In this document: positions 37,590-50,519 of the stretch, in pieces
How the letters are laid out: each line of letters starts with the position of its first letter
Numbering within the stretch: position 1 is the first letter of the stretch
Assembly: GCF_006345805.1 (NCBI RefSeq)
Contig: NC_042999.1
Coordinates: forward strand, 51,460,001 to 51,524,000
Length of the DNA: 64,000 nucleotides
Direction of reading: 5' to 3'
From: Octopus sinensis
Taxonomy: Eukaryota
The notes under the pieces: generated by a model
What the model saw: the letters and a program-made list of their open reading frames with translations, nothing else
Databases searched by the model: none
Told to the model about the DNA's origin: nothing
Translations under genes and position numbers: made by a program

Positions 37590-38133
37590 TGAACCATCCG
37601 AACGTGGCTGTAGCCAGCGCCGCCCTGACTGGCCTCTGTGCCGGTGGCATGTAAAAAGCACCATCCGATCGTGGCCGTTGCCAGCTCCGTCTGGTCTCCG
37701 TGGTGGTGGCACGTAAAAAGCACCATCCGATTGTGGCCGTTTGCCAGCCTTGTCTGGCATTGAAGATGAAACTGTATTTACTCAGATAGATACTGAAATG
37801 AAATAATAAAGTGATTATAATTTGCGTTGTAAAAGAGGTTTTAGATGTGTGCTAGGTTGGAAAACAAATTTGCTTCTGGCACGGGGGCCAGTCAGGCGGT
37901 ACTAGATTCGAGCAAGGTAGTTGCCAGTACCGCCTGACTGGCCCCCATGCTGGTGGCACATAGAAAGCACCCACTACACTCTTAGAGTGGTTGGCATTAG
38001 GAAGGGCATCCAGCTGTAGAAATTCTGTCAGATCAAGATTGGAGCCTGGTGCAGCCATCTGGTTTGCCAGTCCTCAGTCAAAATCGTCTAACCTATGCCA
38101 GCATGGAAAGCGGATGTTAAACGATGATGATGA
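37590..38133 (+). mobile_element. Two adjacent pieces of the (GAT)n-tailed RTE 3' UTR repeat
   Basis: Internal units at 37590-37760. Full tail at 37880-38133. Confidence 0.85.
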
Positions 38134-38531
38134 TGCACATCTTCTGATTTCTACTCTGTGTGACATGAGAGAGAAAGAGTGTGTGTATATGTGCACACAC
38201 ACACGCATGCACACACACACACACATTTATATTAACCAGAGGTGCACAAAACAGCATAAAGGTGACTGTTTTGAAGGTGGGGTAGAAAATGTTGAGAATT
38301 TCTCTGTTTGTATAACCTTGTTTGAGAAATGGAGAGAAGAAAGATTGAGCAAAGAAATGGGTTTCCACAAATGGGAAGAATTTTGAGAAGGATTTTGTCT
38401 CAAGATTGTTTCTGCAGTGAAAGGGTTTCCCATGTCTAAGTGTTCATGAGCACATTAAATATGATTGCCACACATGCACACACAAACTGTAAAGGTATTA
38501 AGAAGGTAGAAATGATGACAAAACAGATATA

Positions 38532-38910
38532 GGCGCAGGAGTGGCTGTGTGGTAAGTAGCTTGCTAACCAACCACATGGTTCTGGGTTCAGTCCCACTGC
38601 GTGGCATCTTGGGCAAGTGTCTTCTGCTATAGCCCCGGGCCGACCAGTGCCTTGTGAGTGGATTTGGTAGATGGAAACTGAAAGAAGCCTGTCGTATATA
38701 TGTGTATGTGTGTTTGTCCCCCTAGCATTACTTGACAACCGATGCTGGTGTGTTTACGTCCCCGTTACTTAGTGGTTTGGCAAAAGAGACCGATAGAATA
38801 AGTACTGGGCTTACAAAGAATAAGTCCCGGGGTCGATTTGGTCAACTAAAGGCGGTGCTCCAGCATGGCCGCAGTCAAATGACTGAAACAATTAAAAGTA
38901 AAAAGTAAAG
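38532..38910 (+). mobile_element. Family A SINE
   Basis: Full-length match to the family consensus. Confidence 0.92.
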
Positions 38911-39075
38911 TATTGTAGCACAGCACAGTCCTCTGGTTCATCAGTTCTTGTTGAATCATCCAACCCATGGTAGCATGTTAAATGATGATAATGAATGATG
39001 TGTGGATGTAGTAAATGTGTTTGTATGTAGCATGTATATTCAAATCTAATTTTATGCGGATTGATATATATGTTT

Positions 39076-39340
39076 CATCATCATCGTCATTTAGCATCCG
39101 CTTTCCATGCTAGCATGGGTTGGACGGTTCAACTGGGGTTTGGGAAGCTAGAAGGCTGCACCAGGCCTAGTCTGATCTGGCAATGTTTCTACGGCTGGAT
39201 GCCCTTCCTAACGCCAACCACTCCGTGAGTGTAGTGGGTGCTTTTTACGTGTCACCAGCACAGGTGCCAGACGGGGCTGGCAAACGGCCACGGTCGGATG
39301 GTGCTTTTTACCTGCCACCGGCACGGGGGTCAGGCGAGGC
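39076..39340 (-). mobile_element. (GAT)n-tailed RTE 3' UTR repeat, young copy about 125 nt upstream of exon 2
   Basis: Inverted relative to 51690-51981 and 53817-53955. Confidence 0.9.
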
Positions 39341-39464
39341 CGTTATTTCTTAATTAACAGATATTGTATGCTTTTACATGACTAGAATAGCTGTTCCCTA
39401 CTGAAATTTCTGTAGTTATTTACTGTTTCATCAAAATATTTAAATGGTTTCCTTTCCATTGCAG

Positions 39465-39539
39465 ATATTGATGGCGATCCATCAAACAATCCAACAACCA
39501 GAACCTTATTTCTAACACGTTCCAAGACCAACTTCAAAA
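39465..39539 (+). CDS. CCNY: Cyclin Y exon 2 (DIDGDPSNNPTTRTLFLTRSKTNFK)
   Basis: ttgcAG acceptor and GTAAGC donor. 75 nt, phase 1-1. Resembles the cyclin Y DPSDHP..STIFLSKSQT segment. Confidence 0.9.
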
Positions 39540-41074
39540 GTAAGCTCATTTTGTTTTTCTTCTTTTGTTTGTGTCTATGATGTATGTCTTTATTGGTTTG
39601 TGGTATCCAGGCAAATATTTTATTATTGTTGACTGTCAGAAACCTGTTTTCAGCAAATTTGTAGAGTGTGAGATGACGTTAATGAGTCACACAGGAGAGT
39701 ATGAGGTCTCCAGTGGATCTGGCTTCACAAATAGTTGACTGATGGGGAAGGAGAAATACAGGAAGGAGACAAATATTCAGTACAGTGGAGATGGTTGTTT
39801 ATAATCATGTCGAAGATGTTGGAAGTGATAGTTAGGATTAGGGTTATCAAAGAGGTTGCTCTTGTTGGCATTGGTTGATGAGTGTTCAAAGACATTGATC
39901 TCTTATTATAAAAGGCAGATTTTATCTGCCTCCCTTTGGGAGTTATAGAAATCTACAATATAGCATTTCTTCAATTACAATTTACCTAGCATTTTTAAGA
40001 GTAGAATGCATCGTGTCATGCCATGTCCAGTTTTTAAAATTTAAACTCCAATTAAGCAAAATTTACAGAAAACTCACATTCTGGTGTGTGTGTCAAATGC
40101 TTTTCTTAGTCTGGTTTACACCACACGCAAACGCACACACACAGTGTGCAATGAATAAAATGAAAGTAAATAGCGACAGAGTGATTTGAGGATGACTAAA
40201 CTGAAAGTATTTAAACCACTACTCAAAAAATAAAAAAACACAGCAAACAGAAACAAATAAATACATAACCAATTACTCCTCACACAATTTCTTCAATTAG
40301 AATTTACCTAAGATTTTTCAGAGTACTTCAGTGGGTGATGCCATAAAAAATTTTTTCAATTTTACCACCAATTAAGACAAAATTCGAGAAAACTCAATAT
40401 TTTAACATATCACTCCACTCCTCCGAAGCATTGATGTACATGTGTGCGTGCGTGAGTGTGTGTGTGTCATTCCTCACACACACGCATACACATACATATA
40501 CAACTACACACAACTACATACACATACAACTACATACAAACACGTGTGTGTTTGTTATTAGTAAAAAAGGCGCCAAAACTCAACTCACTTATCATTCCAA
40601 CACATTTGCAAAGACACACGGACGGACAGAAAAGGTAAATTGGTTTTTATTTTACTCTGTATATATTTTATTATATAATATTATATATAGATATATGTAT
40701 ATATAATTGCAGTATGAACCAGTGTTTATGTATAAACAGACGACACTTATATATAGTTACCAAGCCGCCCGAATTTACCTATTCATATTTAAATGAGAAT
40801 ATCAGAGCAATCTCTTTAGTACATTCGTGAAAACACGTATTATACTTCGTAAACACTTCAACTACAGTTTTGTACAAAAATCGAAGTGTAATTTTAATTC
40901 CGTGAATTATGGGAGATTTTTTTTCCGAAATTTGTTCCTATTGTGTTTTCAAAATTTGTAATTCTGACAAAAAATGGATACGAATTTCATTATATCAAGC
41001 AGCGAGTCAGAATTCGAAGGATTTTCTACTGAAGACCTTCATAAATCTAACTCTATGACTGAAAAAAAAAAGCA

Positions 41075-41468
41075 TCTTTATATAAGAGTGAAGTTGTGTG
41101 TCTGTCTCCTACGATTTAGATTCCTAACTACTCCCACATTTTGCGGTGCAGTTTAACCAAAAGCGGGTATCTTATAGTCGTGATTCATATCGAGCCCTTC
41201 TGGGTATTAGCGTGCGTCTACGATGAGTCTACGATTTAAAATAAATTTACCATCATATTTTTCCATTTTAATGCATTTTTTTCGCTTTTATATAAGGGAA
41301 GTAACTCTCTAAAAATATCTACGATGTGTCAACGATTTAAAAAAAAATTACCTTAATTTTTTTTCAATTTTTAATGCATTTTTTTGCTATTTTTTGGCTA
41401 TAACTCTCTAAAAATGCTTATATAGTTATTTCCCTTACAACCCGAGCAACGCCGGGTGATATTGCTAG
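41075..41468 (+). mobile_element. Non-autonomous Helitron
   Basis: 5' TC after A41074, subterminal hairpin cccg-agcaacgc-cggg (41441-41456), 3' CTAG (41465-41468) followed by T. Confidence 0.85.
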
Positions 41469-41829
41469 TATATATATAAACAGCAAAATGTCTGTGTGTG
41501 TGTGTCCTTTATACAAATCCACAATTTTTCAGTTAGAGGGCTCGCACTTTCTATGGTCATTCAAATCTGTCCAAGGGTGGTCGTGCACATCTTTACTTTT
41601 CCCAGTCGCCCCGCAAGGCCGTTAAAAGATCAATAGAAGTGCTTTTTTGTGAATTTTCTATCCAAAACCCAATCAAAATGCCTGAAACTTGATACACCAA
41701 TTGAATGCCTGCTAGCTGTATGTGATTGGTTGGAGATTTGGATAGTACTCGCGTGTATGTGCGCACGCACGCAGCTGTATATGCATGCACTAGCACTATG
41801 ACCCGGCGTTGCCGAGTCATAGTGCTAGT
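41469..41829 (+). mobile_element. Second Helitron-like element in tandem, with a palindromic end
   Basis: tatatatataaac...tgtgtgtgtc start. Ends in a hairpin plus CTAG-T at 41825-41829. Confidence 0.65.
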
Positions 41830-42535
41830 TGATATATATTTTTGAAGAGAAAGAGATCAAAGATTTTCACAAGGATAGGAGTTAGGTCTGGGTTGTGTTG
41901 TTTGAAATTAGTGGTTAGGACTGGAATGGGAAAGAATAGTTTTGCATGACAGGTGGCAAATGTGGAGACCTTCTTTGTGGAATACTGTTTATGTAACTAT
42001 ATTTGAAAGGTGGAGGGAATGAGGACTTTGTAACGTTGATGGAAATCCCTTTTGGAAAGCATCAAAAAGATTGCCTACAGTTTTGGAAATGAGTGAGATT
42101 ACAAGCTCTGCTATGCAAGGAAGCATTTTTGTGCTGTGAGTGATGTCTTCTGCAGGAGTTTGTGATGGGTCAAAGCTATCCAGTATGTGAACAATTTTCT
42201 GTAAGCATTGTAGGGTTGTATTATTTTCTCTGAATAACTGCAGTATTGCAGCTCTGACTGAAAGATTTAGGGTTGTGAATGAAGTGGGGGGTATGACTAA
42301 GGTGATTTCAGCCTATCTCCTCGCTGTTTCTGATGGCTAGCATGGAACCAGCAGAATTTTGGCCGGTTAGCTGACTTGAAGAACCAAATATCTCTGGCAG
42401 TGGAGTTAGGTTATATAGTATGGGAATATTTGGTGGGTAGCATGTGGGTGACTTGATTGATATAAATGCAAATAAGGATTTGGGAGGGATTGGGTTTGGA
42501 GGTGAGAAAAAGACTGTTTGCGTATTGGTCTAGCA

Positions 42536-42940
42536 TATTCTTTTATTCTTTTACTTGTTTCAGTCATTTGACTGCGGCCATGCTGGAGCACTGCCTTTAG
42601 TCGAGCAAATCAACCCTGGGACTTATTCTTTGTAAGCCCAGTACTTATTCTATCGGTCTCTTTTGCCGAACCGCTAAGTGACGGGGGACGTAAACACACC
42701 AGCATCGGTTGTCAAGCAATGCTAGGGGGGACAAACACAGACATACAAACACATACACACACACACATATATATATATATATACATATATATGACAGGCT
42801 TCTTTCAGTTTCCGTCTACCAAATCCACTCACAAGGCATTGGTCGGCCCGGGGCTATAGCAGAAGACACTTGCCCAAGATGCCACACAGTGGGACTGAAC
42901 CCGGAACAGTGGTTGGTTAGCAAGCTACTTACCACACGGC
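42536..42940 (-). mobile_element. Family A SINE
   Basis: Reverse complement of the consensus. Confidence 0.92.
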
Positions 42941-43859
42941 CGAGGATTTTAACTTTCACAACATATTTCTGTTGTAGTCCCACATGTTAACCTTCGCAGC
43001 ACTTCACTATTTCAATTTGAAATAAATTCAAACCTTTGTTCATAGAAACCCTGTTTTTTTCTGGCAGTAAACAGTTTTGATGATGCTGAACAGAAGATAG
43101 TCTTTATCATGCTTTAGAGGAAAACAGATCAGGGATTATATATAAGGGAATTATTTTGTCATACAAAATCACACCATACTACTTGATTGAGAAGACACTA
43201 TTCAGATCCTTTTAGCTTCTGTTTAATGGTGTCCAGCTACAAAAAAAAAAAAAAGCTTTGATAAATTCACCTCCTTTGGCTCTCACCATTACAACTAATC
43301 ATGAGCCCCTTAGTAGCTACTTGACCTGTTACAAATAGTGGCCAAATTCCATTTAAATTGGGTTTGTGGCATACTAGAAGATTGAATGTAAGAAAACCAT
43401 ATTCAAATGATCTAAACATCAGAATAGCTAAAGTTTGAAAGACCAGATGCTCAGAACACTAAATTTTGAAATATTTTAGAGGAAAATATAAAGGTGGGTT
43501 TTAAAGATAACATTTCTTTACAATTTTAAAATGGAGTTTGTTTGAAAGAGTTATTGTAATATGTGTACATGTCTTTTTGATAGACTCTGTCAAAATAACT
43601 ATATTAGAAGAAAAATGGTAGTTTTTAAAATAGTTTATTTGAGAATTTTAACATATTTACTCTTTTTATAGTGATACGTCAATATCTTAGGAAAAATTAG
43701 TGGGAAAATGGTCTTAAAACCATTTATTTGCAGTTTTAAAATGGATTTTGAGAAACCTCTAACATTTCTTTGTTTTTATTATGCTGTGTGAGAATATCAA
43801 AAACATGAAAGATATGGTGATCATATTTATTTACATAATAATAATAATAATAATATAAT

Positions 43860-44362
43860 TCCTTTCTACTATAGGCACAAGACCTGGAATTTGTGGGGAG
43901 GGGGATAGTCGATTACATTGACCCCAGTACTTGACTGGTTTTTAATTTATCGACCCTAAAAGGATGAAAAGCAAAGTTGACTTCAGTGGAATTTGGACTC
44001 AGAACGTAGGGGCAGACATAATACCAAGCATTTTGCCCAGCATGCTAACAATTCTGCCAGCTCATTGCCTTAATAATAATAATAATAATAATAATAATAT
44101 CAAATTTTTGCCACAAGAGCAACTTGGGGGAAGGGATTTCAGCTTTTGTTTGTCTTCGATATCATATTCTTGCCATACAATTTTGTTGTTTGTAAGTTGA
44201 TTAAATCAACCCCAGTGTGTAGCTGGTACTTCTTTTATCAACTCCGAAAAGATGAAAGGCAAAGTCGACTTTAGTGGATTTTGAACTCAGAATGTAGGGG
44301 GCACACAAAATACTGTTAAGCATTTCACCAAGTATGCTAATGGTTGTACCTGCTCACCACCT
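43860..44362 (-). mobile_element. Two tandem older family-B-related SINE copies
   Basis: gatgaaa.gcaaagt.gact...gaactcagaa cores at about 43960 and 44230, each bounded by (AAT)n. Confidence 0.75.
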
Positions 44363-45704
44363 AAATAATAATAATAATAATAATAATAATAGAAATGTAT
44401 TATATGTGGTGAGGTATAATATTGAAATTTGTGAAAACTTAATTATTGAATACTTTGCTCTTTAAATTCTTTTGTTCTTTAATATTTTGCTTTTCTATTT
44501 ATTTTCCTTCTTTACTTAGAAACAAACAACATAGTTTGTACAATGGTGACATTTGCTTGACACCATCATGAGCATGTGAAAAGATTATCAAGTTGAATTT
44601 TAATATGCTTGTGTTCTTTGCTTATCTCCCTTTACCTTCACTCTTTCACTTGATAAAAGCAACAAATTCAGTCTTTCAGTTGTTTGAATTGTTAACATTT
44701 GTTCATCATCATCATCATCATCTAGAGAAAAGAAGAAAGCTTTTCAATAAATGAGAGAATTTAAAAATAAACAGATGAATTCAGTAAATAAACTATTTCA
44801 GCTTTTGTTTGTCTTTGATATCATATTCTTGCCATACAAATTTGTTGTTTGTAAGTAGATGGGTACACCCTACCTTGTTTGCATTTGTTGCTTTCAAGTA
44901 GCTTATAAAAGTAAATGTTTTTATAACCATCCCTTTAAAACCATAAATGAATGTGTTTTAAGATATTTTTTTTGCTCATAGTTTTCCCCTAATGTTATCA
45001 TCATCATCATTTTAACGTCTTTTATTTGGTGCTTGTGTTGGCCAAACGGAATTTGTTGAGCCAGATTTTCTATGACTGGATGCCCTTTTTGTTTTCAGCC
45101 CTTACCTGTTTGAAAGTGGGGTTATATTTCTACATGGGTGGGTATGTTTCCATGGCTGGTTGAAAATGATTGATACTGTTTGTACAATAGTGACACTTGA
45201 TCTTTACATCATATGATGGTTGTAGACAAGCAGACACACCCATACATATATAAATTGTTTCTTTCAACTTTTATCTACCTAATCCACTCACAAGACTTTG
45301 GTTGGTCCAAGGCTATAATAGAAAGCACTTGCCCAAAGCGCCATACTATGGAATTGAACCTGAAGCAATGTAGTTGGGAAGCAAACTTCTCTTAAGCACA
45401 CAGCCATGCCAGGACCTATATTTGAAGAAAGAAAAGATTAGTGACCCAAAGCATTTGGTCTCTCAAGCTTTTGGTATTCTATTTTTAGGTAATTTGATTT
45501 CAACCCTTCCAAGTTTGACTTTCTTGTTTGGTGTTCGGCACCCATTCAAACCACATTTTCCTGATAATGTACTTTTGTCTGATAATGTAGTTTTTTTTAA
45601 TCTCAATCTGCAGACATTACTATATTTTCACCCTACCATGTCCTCTGCATCCCTCTTTCAGCTGAGATATTCTAGTCTTGCAGACCCCTGTGTTGGTATC
45701 ACAT

Positions 45705-45909
45705 GAAAGTGCCCATGCTGGTGACACATAAAAAGCTGCTAGTTCACTCTGTAAAGGGGTTGGTGTTAGGAAGGGCATCCAGCCATAGAAACCATGTCAG
45801 AATAGACAAATGAAGCCCTGGCAGCTCTCCAGTCTTGGCAGCTCTCCTGTCAAACTGTTTAACTCATGCCAGCATGGAGAACGGACGTTAAATGATGATG
45901 ATGATGATG
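45705..45909 (+). mobile_element. (GAT)n-tailed RTE 3' UTR repeat ending about 50 nt before exon 3
   Basis: ggttggtgttaggaagggcatccagcc...acgttaaatgatgatgatgatg. Confidence 0.85.
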
Positions 45910-45961
45910 TGCCCATTAGAGCAGATATCATTGCCTCAGTAATTATATTTTCTATTTACAG

Positions 45962-46005
45962 ATAATAAAATTCGCCGAAGAAGCCAGTACGATCTTCATC
46001 ACCAT
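45962..46005 (+). CDS. CCNY: Cyclin Y exon 3 (NNKIRRRSQYDLHHH)
   Basis: tttacAG acceptor and GTAACT donor. 44 nt converts phase 1 to phase 0 as exon 4 requires. Sequence is poorly conserved, so support is mainly phase and splice sites. Confidence 0.75.
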
Positions 46006-47084
46006 GTAACTATATATGTTTTCTACATTGATCTAACAATAGTCAGTTTGTAGTACATTAGCTGGAGGTAATAGTGTGCACTAACATCGCCTTTAAACTT
46101 ATTTATTTCTCTATAATTAAAACTAATTACTAGCCAAACTTGTTTTGTTATTTCACTCATAATAGTTCTTCATTGCAATTTTAACTTTTTAAATTTTGAT
46201 CCAGAGTTTCCTTTGTTCTGGTTCTGAAAGAAAAATAAATTTAGAATTGTTTGAAAGGAGTCATCCATACTTAAAGGGTTAACATTTTTGATACCCACCT
46301 GCCTGGGATGACTCGTGATAACTTCCTGTTTTAATGAGATCTGAATTAAAAGCTTCCATCAAATAAAGACAGTGTTATTTTTAGTAAATTTTTCATTATT
46401 TTAAAAATTTATTTATACAAAAGGTAGTCTATAGAAATATGGTAATGTGGGTTTGACAGAATTAATTTTAAACTAGGATTCAAAATCTTTGAGAATTTGT
46501 CTAAACATTAAAAGGTTAAACTGAAATTAGTTTTTTGTGTTTCACATATCTTTTTTCTGTGTCATTTGGTTTCATTATAATATTTAATGTGGTGTATCCT
46601 TGTAATATGCTGGGGGCCTGACTCACACTCCCTCCCTCTCTCTTTCTATTAAGTCTGCCTCCCCAAAAGAAATTATTAAACATCTACAGCCAATCATACA
46701 TAACTTTCCTCTAAATGTATTTCTGACACTCAAGGTATTATTTACATTTTATAAATATCTGATTATCAACTGCCCCCACCAATAGCAAATCTACTCACTT
46801 CTCTATCTATCTGCCCACTGTCCTGTCTACAATATATACAGGGGAAGAATTCACAAAAGAAAACAAACAAAAGATGAAGACAGGTGGTGTAGACAACAAA
46901 CAGATGTATTAGTTTAACGCTCGGGAAGTGAAAAACGTTTCGAGCCTAATTTCAAACAGTTGGAGTCAGTCTCTTGTGAGTTAAAGTAGGCTTCTTACAA
47001 AAACCTCTCTTGTTATTGGGCTCAGTTAACGGAATGGAGAGATGCAGGAAGTCCAAAATGGCTGTCTGTAATATATATATGTAC

Positions 47085-47480
47085 TGACATTCCATCGGTT
47101 ACAATGATGAGGGTTCCAGTCGATCCAATTAACAGAACAGCCTGTTTGTGAAATTAATGTACAAGTAGCTGAGTATTCCACAGACACATGTACCTATTTC
47201 TTTACTACCCACAAGGGGCTAAACACAGAGAGGACAAACAAGGACAGACAAACGGATTAATTTGATTACATCGACCCCAGTGCGTAACTGGTACTTAATT
47301 TATTGACCCCGAAAGGATGAAAAGCAAAGTCGACCTTGGCGGAATTTGAACTCAGAACGTAACGGCAGACGAAATACTGCTAAGCATTTCGCCTGGCGTG
47401 CTAATGATTCTGCCAGCTCGCTGCACATGTACCCTTAATGTAATTCTCAGGGAAATACAGTGTGACAAGGCCAATGCTTT
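47085..47480 (-). mobile_element. Family C tail-type-2 remnant interrupted by a family B SINE (47195-47423)
   Basis: 10-bp TSD CACATGTACC at 47185-47194 and 47424-47433. Confidence 0.85.
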
Positions 47481-48166
47481 GAAATATAGGTACTACTCAT
47501 TTTTGCCAGCTGAGTGGAACATGAAAGAAAGTGTCTTGCTCAAGGACACATCACTGGGACTTGAACTCATGATCTTATGACCATGAACTGAATTCCATAA
47601 CCACCAAGACATGTATAAATATATTACAAAATGTAAAGCAATCAATTGTAAAAGTGTCAAGCAAAACCTGGTCACTGTTCTGCTTCTTTATGTTGTGCAT
47701 TCCTACCAACTTTATCTTTGGTTGTTCACTCTTCTGGGCCAATATTAAAAAAAAACACAAAAAACAAAAAACAAAAAGCCAGTCAAGTACGAATGGTGAA
47801 TGTATTGACTACAAATCAGGAAGAGGAGCTCTTGAAACTGCTCTCGGTTATCTTATATTGGCATTTTAAAAATTGACTCTGGTGTCAAACTGTCAGTAAT
47901 GTGAAGATAAGGGTCCTAAGACATAGCAACTGTTGATCTTATAATCTCGTGTAGCCCTGTGCCCTATAGAGGCCACACCAGTGTCATCTCATCACACTCT
48001 TGTCAGTACACAATAAGTGCAGAACCCTGATGTCAGCAGATGCTTGAATAACAAAACAAAAAAAACCCCGTTTCCTCTAATGATGTTTGTATTAATTAAA
48101 AATCAATATGTGAATATTAATTACCTTTTAACATTGATATTATATTGGGATCTTCTAATTTTTTAG

Positions 48167-48376
48167 AATTCAGAGTATGGTCAGTTGAAGAAGTTCAGTT
48201 CCTGTTCTACCATTTTCATTGATGATTCAACTGTCAGCCAGCCGCATCTGAAGAACACAATCAAGGCGGTGGCATTGGCCATTTATTTTCACATTAAGAA
48301 TCGTGATCGCAGTGGCCAAGGCAACAATGGAGCTCGCTACTTAGATATCTTCGACGAGAAATTACATCCTTTGTCT
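48167..48376 (+). CDS. CCNY: Cyclin Y exon 4 ([46 protein letters not shown]...[12 protein letters not shown])
   Basis: Hallmark [16 protein letters not shown] and DIFDExLHPL motifs. ttttAG acceptor, GTGAGT donor, 210 nt phase 0-0. Confidence 0.95.
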
Positions 48377-48675
48377 GTGAGTGACAGTTACTACTTCTTT
48401 CCCATTTTGGATGAAATGCAGCTGTTCTTTGAATGTTTTTGGTCTCCACATCAATGTTTTCATATTTCCAAACTATTGTTTCTACATAATATTTCTTTCC
48501 TTTCTCTGATAAAAAAAAAAAAATTCTCATTTCTGTTTTTGGGTGCATGAAAAGTTTTAACAAATACAGGGTGTTTGGTCTAAATTTGATGGTTTTTTTT
48601 TTTATGTCTCCTTTTTTCAGGAACAACTTGATATATTGGTGAACTGTCTTTGGTGTTGGAGAGCATAAAGATTAA

Positions 48676-48894
48676 CCCTTTAGTGTTCAGATTATTCTAT
48701 CAAACATAATGCTTATTGATTCTCATTGATTTGAATTAATCATGCATTATCTCATATCTTCAAGAGCTTGATGGTGTAATTACTTAATGTAGAATAACAT
48801 TGTAGGGTAGGTGCGAGAGCCTGGATCTGGTCAGTTTGAACATAAAACAGATTAACTATTTTGGCCGGATATGGCCGGTTTAAATACTAAAGGG
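48676..48894. mobile_element. piggyBac-type MITE
   Basis: TTAA at 48672-48675 and 48895-48898. Termini CCCTTTAGT...ACTAAAGGG. Confidence 0.88.
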
Positions 48895-48954
48895 TTAAAG
48901 TTGTAGTTGAGAAAAAGTTAGCTGCCATAGAGGATTAGTAACCATCTGGACATT

Positions 48955-49825
48955 GGAAAAGAGTTACCTGTATCATGATGATTTATGCTGGGTATCAAAA
49001 TATTGCTGCTCAGTGCTGTGTGAACACTGTAAAGGCTGTAAGATGTGACATGGATGGCTACAAAGATGCTACAGAGACTACAAAGCTGTGGTCAGCAGGA
49101 AGGAAAACAAGACATTCTGACTACATCCACATGCCAGAATTCATCCAACAACTGATGAACCGAATTCAGGCCCAATTCAGATGATTACATGAAGCTGCTG
49201 GAGACTGTGGTCAAACCCTGGCTGGAGAGGATTGCTACTGGAAGGCCATATATGTGACAGCTGGATTCAGCTCCTTGCCATGCTTCTGGAAAGTAAGAAG
49301 TGGTTGTTGGAGAATTTGTATGACTACACCAGCTCCAATGTCTGACCTCCTAATTCCTCCGAAAGTAATCCCTATTTCTTTACTACCCACAAGGGGCTAA
49401 ACACAGAGAGGACAAACAAGGACAGACAAATGGATTAAGTCGATTATATCGACCCCAGTGCATAACTGGTACTTATTTACTCGACCCTGAAAGGATGAAA
49501 GGCAAAGTCGACCTCGGCGGAATTTGAACTCAGAACGTACCGGCAGACGAAATACCGCTTAGCATTTCGCCTGACGTGCTAACGTTTCTGCCAGCTCGCC
49601 GAATGTAATCCCATGGATTACTATGTGTGGGTGCAGTTGAGAAAGACACAAACCACAACATGCCTACAACATGAAAGCTGAGCTGGTGACCAAGATCAAG
49701 GAGCTTTTTGAAGACCGTCCCAAGGACACTGTGAGGAATGCATGTGAGAGGTTCTGGGGCTGTTTTGATGCTGTGGTGGAATCTTAGAGCAGCTTCTTTG
49801 AATAAACTGTTATCGCCCAGCCAAA
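48955..49825 (+). mobile_element. Internally deleted maT/DD37-like transposon, interrupted by a family B SINE (49373-49600, minus)
   Basis: LLETVVKPWL..IATGRPY, WPP.S..CNPMDYYVW remnants. SINE TSD GAA(A/T)GTAATCCC at 49361-49372 and 49601-49612. Confidence 0.82.
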
Positions 49826-50301
49826 ATCTAGTTGATATTTTTTGATTTTCTTTTTAAATACTTTAATTTTTGGATGGGATATTGTGTTTTCTGTTGTGTC
49901 TGGGGAGAGTCATTTTCTTTTTGTGCCTTATAATGTAACACACTCACCGGTAAAATTTCCACTTATTCCTTATTTTTATTTTCCTAAAATTTTCGTTGCA
50001 TCTTGCAACCTTTTCAATAGTCTTGACTCTCAAAAAGAAAATGACTCTCCCCAGACACAACAGAATATGCTTCAACACACGAACTCATATAAAGAATCTT
50101 GCAAACCAAATCCCAAAATGAAATATTGTGTTTTCTTTTCCTTTTACACAAATTGTCAAATTTAGCCCAAATACCCTGTAATTTGTCATTCAAGTGACTG
50201 TCCCATTTTTGCTTTCTAGTTTTCAGCTAAATATATTTTAAGCTGATCCCCAAACCATATTATTTTGCATAATTTTTTCTTTTTCTTTTTGTTTTCAACA
50301 G

Positions 50302-50421
50302 AAAGAAGCTGTTCCCTCTGATTATGACAAAAGAGACCCAGAACACAAGACAATTTATCGGTTTGTGCGGACCCTGTTTACCGCTGCCCAGTTGACTGCT
50401 GAATGTGCTATAGTTACTTTG
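50302..50421 (+). CDS. CCNY: Cyclin Y exon 5 ([40 protein letters not shown])
   Basis: Cyclin-box motif [23 protein letters not shown]. Long pyrimidine tract plus CAG, GTAAGT donor. Confidence 0.97.
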
Positions 50422-50519
50422 GTAAGTGGGGCTGTCATTCTACTTCACTGTTGCCCTGATCAAGTAGAACTTTTAGTGTGTAGGGGTGTGATTGAGAAGA
50501 CCCAGTAACTAAAGTGAGA

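Noticed and set aside
39600-42420. Purine-rich stretches suggestive of minus-strand Penelope remnants (also about 51040-51560, 55400-55680, 57330-57840)
   Set aside because: They are too decayed to translate into convincing motifs by eye and need a profile search (RepeatMasker/HMMER).
48377-48550. C-terminal half of ORF 48185..48550
   Set aside because: This is read-through into intron 4 past the GTGAGT donor, and cyclin Y similarity stops at HPLS.
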